NCBI GenBank assembly: GCA_041750655.1
Contig: JBGSYZ010000011.1
Coordinates: 65,794-129,793 of the forward strand
DNA length: 64,000 bases
DNA from: Minisyncoccia bacterium
GTDB taxonomy: Bacteria > Patescibacteriota > Minisyncoccia > Phycocordibacterales > UBA918
Direction of reading: 5' to 3'
Part shown: positions 1 through 10,112 of the stretch, piece after piece
How positions within the stretch are numbered: the first letter of the stretch is position 1
Layout: the number at the start of each line of letters is the position of its first letter
The notes under the pieces: generated by a model
Told to the model about the DNA's origin: nothing
Seen by the model: only the letters and a program-made list of their open reading frames with translations
Databases searched by the model: none
Program-made: the position numbers and the translations under genes

Positions 1-457
1 TTCCCAATCAGTCCCGGTTACATCCCAGTATAATTCTGGATTGTTGTTTCCATAATATGAAAGACCACCTTCAACTCGATAATAGATTCTATATTCATGA
101 ACACCAGTGATTGTCACATCTGGGTCACCAATTTTAATCTCCAATTCGTTTCCACTTTCACTTAAATTAAAAGGAGCTGACGACCTGTCTACTTGAACAC
201 TATTTACCTCTACTTTGATTTTTCGTTCCTTGTACCACGATGAGGCTTTTTGTGGGTGTATAAGTGGAATAGTTCTAAAAATTCCATGCTTATTGAATAC
301 ATCAAAGTCGTATTGAATTACCTCCTCAACATCAAAGGAGCCGTCTTTATGAAGTGTTATTACTGAATCAAAATTATTGATTTTTTCATACCCAAAAACC
401 GTCACTGGCAGCACCAGAAAAATACAAACGGCTATGAATAAAGAAGCCAATACATTT

Positions 458-841
458 CTACTCCGTGTCATGTCGGATTCCCTGCGGTGTTTCATTACTG
501 TGATAGTCAGTGTCTTCAGACCAATGTAAAAACAACTGTCGTTTATACGAACCTTTTTCGTTGATGTTTTCTTCCAACGCCGTCTTGATATCAGCTTCTG
601 AAAATTCCATCAGCTGCATAAGTGTATCTAAGGCCACCATTAAATCAGCATATTCACTAAGAAGATCATTACGATTACGGGCTTTTACTAAACCACCCGC
701 TTCTTCGATTATTTTTTTGAGGAGCTCTTGTTGAAATTCATGAGCATCATCCAGAACCCGTACGTCGCACAGCTCTCCTTTACCTTCAATTATTTCTGGA
801 ATTTTGTCCCGAATTAATTTGTTATAGAAAATTCGTGCCAT
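458..841 (-). CDS. MazG-like / house-cleaning NTP pyrophosphohydrolase family protein (putative)
   Basis: The 127-aa ORF is all-alpha. Its N-terminus MARIFYNKLIRDKIPEII and the EExxD-type acidic layout recall MazG-like NTP-PPases. Assignment rests on motif memory only. Confidence 0.45.
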   Translation of the reverse strand: MARIFYNKLIRDKIPEIIEGKGELCDVRVLDDAHEFQQELLKKIIEEAGGLVKARNRNDLLSEYADLMVALDTLMQLMEFSEADIKTALEENINEKGSYKRQLFLHWSEDTDYHSNETPQGIRHDTE

Positions 842-850
842 AAGCTGTTG

Positions 851-1435
851 TTAGAATGTAACTTGTACGTTCTCCTTCTCTACGCTATCTGCTTCAAGCT
901 CAAAGTACTCTTCTTCTTTGAAACCAAACATCTTACCAATAACATTGCTTGGGAATGACTGAAGTGCAATTGCCAAATCCCGTACATTGCCGTTGTAGAA
1001 ACGGCGGGCGGCTTGAATCTTATTTTCTGTGTCTGACAACTCAGTTTGGAGTTGGCTGAAGTTTTGGTTAGCCTTGAGATCAGGATACGCTTCGGCAATA
1101 GCCATCAATCTTCCTAATGCCCCAGAGAGATTCGTTTCAGCTCCCGCCATAGCCTGGATTTGTTCAGGAGTGATGTTTGAAGGATCAACGTGTACCTTAG
1201 TTGCTTCCGCCCGAGCAGCTACCACAGCATCAAAAGTCTCCCGCTCGTGACTCGCATACCCTTTTACAGTTTCCACCAAGTTGGGAATTAGGTCATAGCG
1301 GCGCTTTAGTTGTACATCAATGTCGGCCCACGCTTCTTTGGTACGTTGTACCAACTTTACAAAGTTGTTGTAGGCAAAGATAGCCCAAAACACCGCTACA
1401 GCTATTATCCCTAAAATGATCCACATAGTCGTCAT
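851..1435 (-). CDS. lemA: LemA family protein
   Basis: 194 aa with an N-terminal TM helix. The full-length pattern (WADIDVQLKRRYDLIPNLVETVKGYASHE ... RRFYNGNVRDLAIALQSFPSNVIG) is typical of LemA. Confidence 0.85.
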   Translation of the reverse strand: MTTMWIILGIIAVAVFWAIFAYNNFVKLVQRTKEAWADIDVQLKRRYDLIPNLVETVKGYASHERETFDAVVAARAEATKVHVDPSNITPEQIQAMAGAETNLSGALGRLMAIAEAYPDLKANQNFSQLQTELSDTENKIQAARRFYNGNVRDLAIALQSFPSNVIGKMFGFKEEEYFELEADSVEKENVQVTF

Positions 1436-1561
1436 AAAATAAATCTAGTTTATTCAGTAATGTGAATATATTAGCATGTTGTGGAAAACTTGACACATAC
1501 GCGAGAAGTATTATCTTGTTTTTAGAGTTCGACACCCGTTTCATAGAAAAAAGGTGACACA

Positions 1562-1819
1562 ATGGCTTTCACTAAATTTGATGACCTGAAGATTGGTGAT
1601 CGATTCTATACCGACGGACACATTTGGGAAAAAATTGATACTAATTTCAGTTTGTTTAATTCTAAGCCTGACATATCTGCAAAAATTAATGCCCGAACAG
1701 TAAATCGACCAGACGCTGTTGAATTTAGAGAATTTGACGATGCGTGTCTGGTTCAAATAGAAATTCCAAACCCTGCTGATGTTATTTCGTTCACAAGATT
1801 AAGAGGGATTGAATCATAA
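1562..1819 (+). CDS. hypothetical small protein (85 aa)
   Basis: A clean ORF with a strong intrinsic terminator immediately downstream. I recognise no family. Confidence 0.4.
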   Translation: MAFTKFDDLKIGDRFYTDGHIWEKIDTNFSLFNSKPDISAKINARTVNRPDAVEFREFDDACLVQIEIPNPADVISFTRLRGIES

Positions 1820-1850
1820 GCGCGGGTCCTGCGGACCCGCGCTTTTTCTT
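1819..1850 (+). terminator. Rho-independent terminator (GC-rich hairpin AGCGCGGGTCCTGCGGACCCGCGCT + T-run)
   Basis: The sequence forms a perfect GC-rich stem followed by TTTTTCTTT. Confidence 0.7.
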
Positions 1851-1912
1851 TATATATTGACTTCGTTGTTTTTTACCCTACAGTAGCTTATAGATGAATG
1901 AGGTAGTGCAAA

Positions 1913-2431
1913 ATGAAACGAAATGAGCTTGGAGTGCCAATCCGATCGTATCGATGGGCAGAGAATAGCGACAACCAAAGACTTTTACATAGACTTGCAC
2001 ATTCTCACAATAAATTTGTACGCGCGGCGGTAGCTCGAAACAAACATGTTTCTGGTGTCTTGTTAGAGATGTTACTACACGATGAATCACCGGGTGTGGT
2101 GGCTCACGCATTAGGTAACAAAAACCTGACACGAGAACAATTCGAATCTGTGTTTATTCGTATGTCAGGAGCTTTTTGCTGGGTTATTCATCCCGTCTTG
2201 GCCGGACACAAATTGGCAACCATCGACGAACTTACCATATTACTTGATCGTAATTATTGGAATATCAAAATCGCCATTTTAAACAACCATTTTGGGAGAG
2301 ACCAGGACGCATATAAAGCAATGATTAAGCCTATAGTTCCCACCAGTGAAAGCGAGGAAAGCATTCTCACTTGGAAAGAGATAGATTTCTTAGCCTATTA
2401 TCGTTACTACGGTGTGCGAAAATTTACGTGA
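1913..2431 (+). CDS. hypothetical protein with LRV-like (leucine-rich repeat variant) helical repeats
   Basis: 172 aa. The repeated KFVRAAVARNKHVSG / PGVVAHALGNKNLTREQ pattern resembles LRV/HEAT-like repeats. Weak call. Confidence 0.35.
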   Translation: MKRNELGVPIRSYRWAENSDNQRLLHRLAHSHNKFVRAAVARNKHVSGVLLEMLLHDESPGVVAHALGNKNLTREQFESVFIRMSGAFCWVIHPVLAGHKLATIDELTILLDRNYWNIKIAILNNHFGRDQDAYKAMIKPIVPTSESEESILTWKEIDFLAYYRYYGVRKFT

Positions 2432-2442
2432 ACTTAACACAT

Positions 2443-2476
2443 AGCGCGGGCCCTACGGGCCCGCGCTTTTTCTTTT
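2443..2476 (+). terminator. Rho-independent terminator, near-identical stem to the one at 1819-1850
   Basis: AGCGCGGGCCCTACGGGCCCGCGCT followed by TTTTTCTTTTTT. Confidence 0.7.
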
Positions 2477-2550
2477 TTATAATAAAGAATTAAAAACCTT
2501 CCATTCGAATGGAAGGTTTTTAACTATTGCGTCAAGCGTATTAACTGAGG

Positions 2551-4206
2551 CTAATACATACCTCCCATTCCCCCTCCCATACCAGACATATCTGGCATAC
2601 CCGGCTTATCGTCCTCTGGAGCATCGGCAATCGCACACTCACTTGTGAGCAAAATAGCGGCCGCTGAGACAGCGTGCTGGACACCAGCTCTCTCAACTTT
2701 CACCGGGTCGATGATTCCGGCCTTAATCATGTCATCAATCATCTCGCCTTTGAAAGCATCATACCCAGCGTTGCCACCAGCTGTTCGAACCTTCTCAACA
2801 ATCACTGCCCCATCGTGCTTACCGGTATTGTCGGCAATCTGTCGCAGTGGCATTTCGAGTGCCTTAAGTACAATGTTGTAGCCCACCAATTCTTCTTTGC
2901 TTAAATCTTTTTTATTGAGTACACCCTTTTCTACCACCGCGGCTGCGCGAGCGAGCGAAGTTCCACCACCCGGCACAATCCCTTCTTCTATCGCAGCCTT
3001 AGTAGCGTTGACAGCATCTTCAATCTTGAGCTTGAGATACTTCATTTCAGTTTCAGTCGCTGCTCCTACTTTTATCACTGCCACACCGCCAGAGAGCTTC
3101 GCGATTCGTTCTTCCATTTTTTCCTTATCGAACTTTGAACTCGCTTGATCAATTTGGATGCGCAAAGCCTTAACTCGATCGTCAATTTCAGACTTGGTTC
3201 CGGCACCACCAACTATAACAGTGTCTTCTTTGGTAGAAACGACTCGGTCGGCTTTACCAAGCTGGCTTAGCTCAGTATCTTCGAGCTTGAGACCAACCTC
3301 TTCTGTAATAACAGTCCCGCCAGTCAAAATAGCAATATCCTGGAGCACATCTTTCTTGCGGTCACCATATCCCGGAGCCTTAACAGCCAATACCGAAAAC
3401 CCGCCTTTAAGTTTATTAACCACAAAGGTCGCTAGAGCTTCTCCTTCCACATCGTCAGCAATAATCACTAACTCTTTCTTTCCGCTTTGAGCAACCTTTT
3501 CCAGTAATGGCAATATTTCTTGCACGCTAGAAATTTTCTTATCAGTAATAAGAATCTGAGCGTCTTTGTATTCTGATTCCATCCGTTCTGGATTAGTCAC
3601 CATGTATGGTGAGACATACCCACGATCGAACTGCATACCCTCAGTGAATTCAGTTTCAATACCAAAACTCTGACTTTCTTCTACTGTCACCACGCCATCC
3701 TTCCCTACCTTGTCGATAGTTTCGGCAATTTTAGCGCCAATGTCAGCACTTTCGGCTGAAATAGTGGCCACTTGCTTAATCTCTTCAATTGAATTGATTT
3801 GCGTCGCCATCGCTTTAAGAGCCTCTACCACATCATTAGAAGCGTGCTCCATACCAGTGCGCACTGCCATTGAATTGAGTCCCATGGTGGTTTGCTTCAG
3901 CCCTTCAGTCACTAATGACTGCATAAGGACGGTCGCGGTGGTAGTTCCGTCTCCAGCCAGCTCATTAGTTTTGTTGGCTACTTCCTTAACCATCTCAGCC
4001 CCCATGTTCTCAAACTTATCTTTGAGCGTGATTTCCTTGGCGATAGAAACACCGTCGTTGGTGATCATCGGACCACCATAACCTTTATCAATAATTACAT
4101 TGCGTCCGCGGGGACCTAAGGTTACCTTTACCGCGTTGGCTACTGTATCTACTCCTTTCTTCAGTTTTTTCTTTACGTCTTCGTCAAAAATTACTTCCTT
4201 TGCCAT
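2551..4206 (-). CDS. groEL: chaperonin GroEL (60-kDa chaperonin)
   Basis: 551 aa with full-length GroEL signature (AKEVIFDEDV..., GDGTTTATVL, C-terminal GGM repeat MGGGMGGMY). GroES lies immediately upstream on the same strand. Confidence 0.97.
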   Translation of the reverse strand: MAKEVIFDEDVKKKLKKGVDTVANAVKVTLGPRGRNVIIDKGYGGPMITNDGVSIAKEITLKDKFENMGAEMVKEVANKTNELAGDGTTTATVLMQSLVTEGLKQTTMGLNSMAVRTGMEHASNDVVEALKAMATQINSIEEIKQVATISAESADIGAKIAETIDKVGKDGVVTVEESQSFGIETEFTEGMQFDRGYVSPYMVTNPERMESEYKDAQILITDKKISSVQEILPLLEKVAQSGKKELVIIADDVEGEALATFVVNKLKGGFSVLAVKAPGYGDRKKDVLQDIAILTGGTVITEEVGLKLEDTELSQLGKADRVVSTKEDTVIVGGAGTKSEIDDRVKALRIQIDQASSKFDKEKMEERIAKLSGGVAVIKVGAATETEMKYLKLKIEDAVNATKAAIEEGIVPGGGTSLARAAAVVEKGVLNKKDLSKEELVGYNIVLKALEMPLRQIADNTGKHDGAVIVEKVRTAGGNAGYDAFKGEMIDDMIKAGIIDPVKVERAGVQHAVSAAAILLTSECAIADAPEDDKPGMPDMSGMGGGMGGMY

Positions 4207-4294
4207 GTTAATTGTTAGTTACTAGCTTTTAGTCCTTAGTCCTTAGGAAATTTGCCGAAGCAAATTCTAAGCGCTACTAGCTAAGGACTAGGCG

Positions 4295-4603
4295 CTAACT
4301 GATAATACCCAGAATGTCCGATTCAGCGATTATCCAATACTCTTCTTTTTCAACATTCATCTTTTCACTCCAACTTTTGAAAATTACGCGGTCACCAACT
4401 TTTACCTCCATATCCATTCGTTTACCATCATCATCCCGCGCGCCCGGACCAGTCGCTACGACAACTCCTTGGTCGCTGCGCTCTTTGGCTGAAGCTGAAT
4501 CAGGGATAATAATTCCGGAAGCTGACTTACTGCCAGCCTCTTCATCAGTAAGAGGACGAATGACAACTCGATCTCCTAATGGTTTGATTGTTACTTCTGA
4601 CAT
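4295..4603 (-). CDS. groES: co-chaperonin GroES
   Basis: 102 aa with the typical IKPLGDRVVIRP ... mobile loop ... VGDRVIF pattern. It sits directly upstream of groEL. Confidence 0.93.
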   Translation of the reverse strand: MSEVTIKPLGDRVVIRPLTDEEAGSKSASGIIIPDSASAKERSDQGVVVATGPGARDDDGKRMDMEVKVGDRVIFKSWSEKMNVEKEEYWIIAESDILGIIS

Positions 4604-4745
4604 AGGTCTTTATCGTATTAAATTACTTGGTTTTACAACCCTTTTAACTTTCCAAACAAAAGAAGCATTACACCTCCTTCGTGCGAGTGACATTATATGT
4701 CAATGCGGTATAGTGTCAAAAGAATCATGTTTCCAGGAGGAGAAA

Positions 4746-5069
4746 ATGTCCAAGAAACTAAGCAATGAAGCACTCTTGTACCGAGCAGAAAAGTGGCTTT
4801 ACAGAGGAGTACCACTTGGTTCGATGTTGTCTTTGATACCCTCATTTATTGGTCTTTTTATTTTTGATCTAAATGAACCTGTATCGTGGCCATTTTTGGT
4901 AATTCCGTTTTTCGGTCTCGTAATAATTTTTATTTCATTAACAATTACCGAAATTTGCCAACGTGAGCTACAAAAAGAAAAGTTCAAAAATACGGCTTTT
5001 AAAGTTTCAAAAATTAGCCGCGCGATTACTCGCGCGGCCATTTTTCTTTTACGTCTTTCAAAAGAATAA
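4746..5069 (+). CDS. hypothetical small membrane protein (2 TM)
   Basis: I take the internal ATG at 4746, which is preceded by GGAGGAG. The longer 4314 start is antisense to groES. Two hydrophobic helices. Confidence 0.4.
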   Translation: MSKKLSNEALLYRAEKWLYRGVPLGSMLSLIPSFIGLFIFDLNEPVSWPFLVIPFFGLVIIFISLTITEICQRELQKEKFKNTAFKVSKISRAITRAAIFLLRLSKE

Positions 5070-5259
5070 TAGAAGTTAATTTGAGACTTGCTGGAGTGGC
5101 TAGAAATTACAGGAGCTGGAGCCGGGGGGCGCGACTGTTTGAGCGTTAGCGAGTTTCGCGCCCGCCGTAGTGTAAGCGACTTTATATGTCAAAGCACGAA
5201 GCATTCTCATCATTATTCACTTGCTCTCCGACCCCCTTTCTGGTATCATCGACCGCGAT

Positions 5260-5490
5260 ATGGAAACTTTATCGTCGGTGTTGCCGTACGTGCAAATCAT
5301 CCTCTCCATCATTCTCGTGACTGTAATTATGCTGCAACAGCGTGGTTCTAGTTTGGGTGGAGCTTTTGGTAGTGACAACTACAGTGCAACATTCAATCAA
5401 CGTCGTGGAGCAGAACTATTCCTCTTCCGCTTATCTATTGCCGTCAGTATTTTATTTGTACTCTCAGCGATCGCTTCCCTCGTTATCTAG
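5260..5490 (+). CDS. secG: preprotein translocase subunit SecG
   Basis: IMLQQRGSSLGGAFGSDNYSATFNQRRGAELFLFRLSIAVSILF matches the SecG signature (LLQ.GKG.GLGGAFG ... RG....L.R.T). A TTGCTC-17-TATCAT promoter lies just upstream. The start is taken at the internal Met (METLSS). Confidence 0.7.
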   Translation: METLSSVLPYVQIILSIILVTVIMLQQRGSSLGGAFGSDNYSATFNQRRGAELFLFRLSIAVSILFVLSAIASLVI

Positions 5491-5583
5491 CGACGGTTCC
5501 ATTCGTGGTTACGTTTCATCTTTTAGTATTCGTATTCACTAGTTTCAGCACTCCTGAATCGGTTATTTATAGCGCATTTATTT

Positions 5584-7335
5584 ATGGACAACCCATTTAT
5601 CCCGAAGCGGGTCGCAAAGAAGCGACGCACGTTGGTAGAAAAATATTTTGAATTTATAGACAACAGACGCCCAAGCGACCGGTTTTTATTGTATTTATTT
5701 ATTACTGCCCTGGTAATAAGTGTCTCTTTGATATTTCTTGATACCAATAAAGCCAACAGTGTAGAAACTCCAACCACCGGTGGAGAGCTCAAAGAAGGAA
5801 TTGTCGGTTCACCTCGTTTTGTAAACCCAGCTCTCGCTATTACCCGAGCCGACCAAGACATGGCGGCCTTGCTCTTTGACGGACTACTTAAAGTGGGCGC
5901 TGAAGGCGAGCTGGTGCCAAATATTGCTAAATCAATCACCCTATCTTCCGATGCCACTGTCTACAACGTTGTTTTACGTGATGATATAAAATTTCACGAT
6001 GGCACACCTCTAACTGCTGATGATGTAGTATTCACTATTGGACTAATCCAGAACCCCGAATTAAAAAGTCCCTTGCAAGGAAATTTTAATGACGTAGTCG
6101 TTGAAAAATTAGGTGACCATGAGATAAATTTTGTTCTTGAAGAACCATATGCTCCATTTATTGAAAACTTAACAGTTGGTATTCTCCCTCACCATGAATG
6201 GAAAGATCTATCAGTGGACCAAATACCCTTCAGTCAGCATAATACTGAACCAGTTGGTTCTGGTCCATACAGAATTAAATCAGTAAAAAGAAGCGTCTCT
6301 GGACTGATTGATGGATATACCTTGGAAGCATTTAAAGACCATATTCACTCGCCTCAAATCCAAACTATCACGATTTCTTTCTTTACTAACGCACCAGCCT
6401 TGGTGAGCGCAATAAAAGAAGGTAAAGTTGATAGTGCGACTGGCTTAGCTGAATTTACTGATGAAATTCTTACAGCTCGTTCTGACCTAACCAGCACAGA
6501 AGCACCACTCCCCCGAACGTTTGCTTTATTCTTTAATCAGAATAAATCGGCAGCACTACGACAACCGGAAGTACGAAAAATATTAGAAGCTGCTATTGAT
6601 AGAGATGCACTCATAAATAGCGCTCTAGATGGTCACGGTGTCCCCGCCACTAGTCCGGTTCCAACTGGCTTTGAGATAAGTGACATCACAAGCAGTTCAA
6701 CAAAAACGTCTGCTAGCAAGGAAGAATTGATAGCAAAACTTGAAGCTAATGGATGGAACAAAAACAGTGAAGGGATTTGGAGTAAAAAAATTGACGGTTC
6801 TGAAACCGAATTACGAGTTGATATTGCTACCGCTAACCTTCCTTTCTTGGCCGCTACGGCTGAATACTTGAAAAATGCGTGGGGAGAGATAGGTGTGCCG
6901 GTAAGTATTCGTCAATTTGAACAGTCTGACCTAACTCAGACTGTCATCAGAACTCGTGACTACGAAACACTTTTATTTGGAACTTCGGTTGGACGAAGCT
7001 TGGATTTTTATCCATTTTGGCACTCAAGCCAACGTAACGATCCAGGTCTTAATGTGGCTCTGTATGCCAACATTACGACCGACTCAGTGCTTACCAAAGC
7101 CAGGACCAGCACCAGTACTGAAGTTCGTGCAGATGCCATAAACACCTTTGTGAACGAAATAAATGACACAGTACCAGCTATCTTCTTGTTTGTGCCGACT
7201 ATTTCAACAATTGAGCCAAAGTCGTTAACAAGAGAACCAGTAAAGAAAATGTCCGTGCCGAGTGAAAGATTCTCTAACATCGAAGACTGGTACATAAAAA
7301 CTGAATCCGTATGGCCAATTTTTAATAAAAATTAA
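5584..7335 (+). CDS. ABC transporter substrate-binding protein, family 5 (peptide/nickel type), membrane-anchored
   Basis: 583 aa with an N-terminal TM anchor. The SBP_bac_5-like core (VPNIAKSITLSSDATVYNVVLRDDIKFHDGTPLTADDVVFT) supports the call. No permease or ATPase gene is adjacent. Confidence 0.65.
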   Translation: MDNPFIPKRVAKKRRTLVEKYFEFIDNRRPSDRFLLYLFITALVISVSLIFLDTNKANSVETPTTGGELKEGIVGSPRFVNPALAITRADQDMAALLFDGLLKVGAEGELVPNIAKSITLSSDATVYNVVLRDDIKFHDGTPLTADDVVFTIGLIQNPELKSPLQGNFNDVVVEKLGDHEINFVLEEPYAPFIENLTVGILPHHEWKDLSVDQIPFSQHNTEPVGSGPYRIKSVKRSVSGLIDGYTLEAFKDHIHSPQIQTITISFFTNAPALVSAIKEGKVDSATGLAEFTDEILTARSDLTSTEAPLPRTFALFFNQNKSAALRQPEVRKILEAAIDRDALINSALDGHGVPATSPVPTGFEISDITSSSTKTSASKEELIAKLEANGWNKNSEGIWSKKIDGSETELRVDIATANLPFLAATAEYLKNAWGEIGVPVSIRQFEQSDLTQTVIRTRDYETLLFGTSVGRSLDFYPFWHSSQRNDPGLNVALYANITTDSVLTKARTSTSTEVRADAINTFVNEINDTVPAIFLFVPTISTIEPKSLTREPVKKMSVPSERFSNIEDWYIKTESVWPIFNKN

Positions 7336-7351
7336 CAGTAACCATTATTAT

Positions 7352-9373
7352 TTGTACAACGTAAAAAATTACATTATGAACACAGAAAACACAAACCGAG
7401 CGAATAACAACCGAACACCCCGAACAAACAACAATCAGTCGCGTAGCAACAACCGCCAGCACAGTAATCGAAACCAAACTCGCGTCTCTGTTCGTGGCGA
7501 AGGACAAAACAGCACCCGCAAGAGAACTGGTCCACACGCACCGCGTAAAAATTCACCAGGTCACCAAGGTGGTGCTCGAAAGAATTCACGTAAGCGTTCA
7601 CCACGACGTGATAATCGCCGCTCAATGACCAATCCAGCCCTTAGTCATCGCATGGCTCCCAACGACGACAAGGCTCCTATCCTGCCGGAAGTTACTGATG
7701 AGGATGTCGTACGTATTATCCCGATGTCAGGAGTAGAGCAAATTGGTCGTAACATGACCATTGTTGAAACAAAAGACGATATCATTATTTTCGATATTGG
7801 TTTTCAATTTGTGTCTGAAGAAAGTAACGCTCCTGGTATAAATTACATTCTTCCTAATACACAGTACTTGGAAGAACGAAAACATAAAATTCGTGCGTTA
7901 GTCATCACCCACGGTCACCTTGACCACATCGGTGGTATTCCGTTTGTGATGGAACGAATTGGTAATCCTCCAATTTACACTCAGTACCTGACTTCTCTTA
8001 TGGTGTTGAAGCGCCAAGAAGAATTTCCCCACATGGATCCCTTCACTATAAATGTCATAAAAGAGGGTGAGTCTTTCACTGTGGGGAGCACTAAAATCAA
8101 AACCTTCCCAGTAACCCACTCTATTCCGGATGCAATGGGTATTTCAGTGATAACCAAACATGGAAATGTAGTTATTACTGGTGACGTAAAACTTACTCAT
8201 GAGGACGGGAAAGTTGTCGACGAAGAAGCAAAGGCCTGGAAAGAGATTGGCAAAGATAACAATATTGCTCTAGTGTGTGACTCAACCAATGCTCACCAAG
8301 CTGGTTTCTCAGCTGGAGAGACTAATGTGTTGGCCAACTTGGATAAGATTGTACAAAGCGCCACCGGTCGTCTTATCATAGGTACTTTTGCTTCAAACTT
8401 CGAGCGTCTTTTTAGTGTTATTCATTCATGCGAAAAATACGGAAAAAAGGTGGTACTCGAAGGCCGTAGTATTAAAAATAGTATAGATATCGCTATCACG
8501 GCCGAACTTTTAAAGGTTGACCCTAAAACCTTCATTACCGCCAACGACATGGGTGATTACCCTGCCGACCGAATTGTGATTCTTTCAACTGGTGCTCAAG
8601 GAGAAGAATTTGCCGCCTTGATGCGTATGGCTACTGATAAGCACAAGTTTATTACCCTAAATGAGCGAGATACGATTGTACTTTCCTCTTCAGTGATCCC
8701 CGGCAACGAAATTTCAGTCCAGATGCTTAAAGACAATATTTATCGTCGCAACGTAAAGGTAGTGACGGTTCAATCAGCTGCAGTTCACTCTACTGGGCAC
8801 GGTAACGCTGGCGAGTTAGTCTGGATTCACCAAACCGTAAAGCCGAAATTTTTGATTCCTGTGCACGGTCACCACTTTATGCTTAAAAGCCATATGTATG
8901 TGGCAATTGAAAATGGTTTTCCAAAAGAAAATATCTGTGTACCCGATAACGGCTTTTTGATTGATATCAAAAATGGTACAGACATGATTGTTCAAAAAGA
9001 AAAAGCCCCCCAAGAAGATGTGTATGTGGATGGCTTTACTGTTGGTACTCGTCAAGAAGTGGTATTGCGTGACCGCAAATCATTATCTGAGGATGGTATG
9101 TTCGTGATTATTGCGACTGTTAATTCCAAGACTGGAAAGCTACGGAAATCACCTGATATCATTTCGCGCGGTTTTGTGTACTTACGAGAAAACCAACAGT
9201 TATTGTCTGAAGCTCGTGTGTTGATTAAAAAGACCGTTGAAAAGAGCACCGAACATATGAATCCACTAGATTTGGATTACGTAAAAGATGAAATTACTGA
9301 CAAAGTGTCTGGCTTCTTGATGCAAAAGACCAACAAGACGCCAATGGTTATTCCGGTGTTGATAGGGATTTGA
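7352..9373 (+). CDS. rnj: ribonuclease J (metallo-beta-lactamase / beta-CASP RNase) with N-terminal Arg/Asn-rich disordered extension
   Basis: It has the HxHxDH motif ITHGHLDHIGG, a beta-CASP region and a C-terminal domain. IIPMSGVEQIGRNMTIVE is the typical RNase J start. The first roughly 115 aa are low-complexity (N/R/S/Q-rich). Confidence 0.85.
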   Translation: MYNVKNYIMNTENTNRANNNRTPRTNNNQSRSNNRQHSNRNQTRVSVRGEGQNSTRKRTGPHAPRKNSPGHQGGARKNSRKRSPRRDNRRSMTNPALSHRMAPNDDKAPILPEVTDEDVVRIIPMSGVEQIGRNMTIVETKDDIIIFDIGFQFVSEESNAPGINYILPNTQYLEERKHKIRALVITHGHLDHIGGIPFVMERIGNPPIYTQYLTSLMVLKRQEEFPHMDPFTINVIKEGESFTVGSTKIKTFPVTHSIPDAMGISVITKHGNVVITGDVKLTHEDGKVVDEEAKAWKEIGKDNNIALVCDSTNAHQAGFSAGETNVLANLDKIVQSATGRLIIGTFASNFERLFSVIHSCEKYGKKVVLEGRSIKNSIDIAITAELLKVDPKTFITANDMGDYPADRIVILSTGAQGEEFAALMRMATDKHKFITLNERDTIVLSSSVIPGNEISVQMLKDNIYRRNVKVVTVQSAAVHSTGHGNAGELVWIHQTVKPKFLIPVHGHHFMLKSHMYVAIENGFPKENICVPDNGFLIDIKNGTDMIVQKEKAPQEDVYVDGFTVGTRQEVVLRDRKSLSEDGMFVIIATVNSKTGKLRKSPDIISRGFVYLRENQQLLSEARVLIKKTVEKSTEHMNPLDLDYVKDEITDKVSGFLMQKTNKTPMVIPVLIGI

Positions 9374-9574
9374 GTAGCAATGAGCGCCAGCGACTATGTT
9401 CTCAAATCGTTCCGTTAGAGCTTTTCCAAGAAAAAGCTCGAGGAACACCATAACCGAACGATCATCAGTAAACTTAAAAAACAGCCGAGCAGCTCAGCTG
9501 CCGAGGTTGTTTACTTTTCTCATATTTAAGGTATATTTCACAAGAGAACCATTCCTCAAAGGAAGGAAGAGTCC

Positions 9575-10105
9575 GTGATCTCAATAAAACGCCAAATAGA
9601 CGATGAGCAAGTTGAAATTATAGTCACAAACCCAAGCGACCTTCCTGAAGAATTACAGGAAGAAAGAAAAAACCATTTCAGCATTAGAGTACACTCGGAG
9701 AGTGGGAAGATTTGGTGTGTTTTCCCTTACTCGCGTGTAATAACAAGTCTGCTTTATAATTCTTTCAATCTTTTCCTAAGCAAGGATCCTTTAATCTATT
9801 ATGAGAGAAACAGTAGCAACATTGTATTAACCACTAAAGGTGACCTGAGGAAGTTGGACTTTAAAAGCTTTGCAATGGATTTCGCTTCACAAATTGAATT
9901 ACGTGAACCGATACCATATCGACTCATCGTGGACACAGATCATCCAGATCGTACCGGTAGAGTAATTATCATGTTCTATGATGAGAAAATGGAACTTATA
10001 AGCTTGATGTTACCAAATGAATCGTGGCGGCGCCTACCTTCACTTGTGGCAGGAATTCTCCTGACGAAAGAGCAAGTGCAGTCACGTATGAAGTACAAAA
10101 TATAA
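9575..10105 (+). CDS. hypothetical protein (176 aa)
   Basis: A clean ORF followed by a compound palindrome/terminator. I recognise no family. Confidence 0.4.
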   Translation: MISIKRQIDDEQVEIIVTNPSDLPEELQEERKNHFSIRVHSESGKIWCVFPYSRVITSLLYNSFNLFLSKDPLIYYERNSSNIVLTTKGDLRKLDFKSFAMDFASQIELREPIPYRLIVDTDHPDRTGRVIIMFYDEKMELISLMLPNESWRRLPSLVAGILLTKEQVQSRMKYKI

Positions 10106-10112
10106 ATCACAC

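Noticed and set aside
2645-4081. Several 76-123-aa plus-strand ORFs within the groEL region (2645-2881, 2674-2904, 2897-3148, 3158-3490, 3710-4081).
   Set aside because: They are antisense to a confidently identified, full-length groEL. Their compositions are Ser/Ala/Thr-rich low-complexity, typical of antisense frames.
4314-5069. The 251-aa plus-strand ORF beginning at 4314.
   Set aside because: Its first about 145 codons are antisense to groES. I retained only the downstream part from the ATG at 4746, which has its own GGAGGAG RBS.
5088-5542. Plus-strand ORFs 5088-5351 and 5342-5542 and the GC-rich hairpin at about 5100-5170.
   Set aside because: They are alternative frames around secG. 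The SecG frame (5260-5490) has the family signature and a promoter. The GC-rich hairpin lacks a T-run, so I do not call it a terminator.
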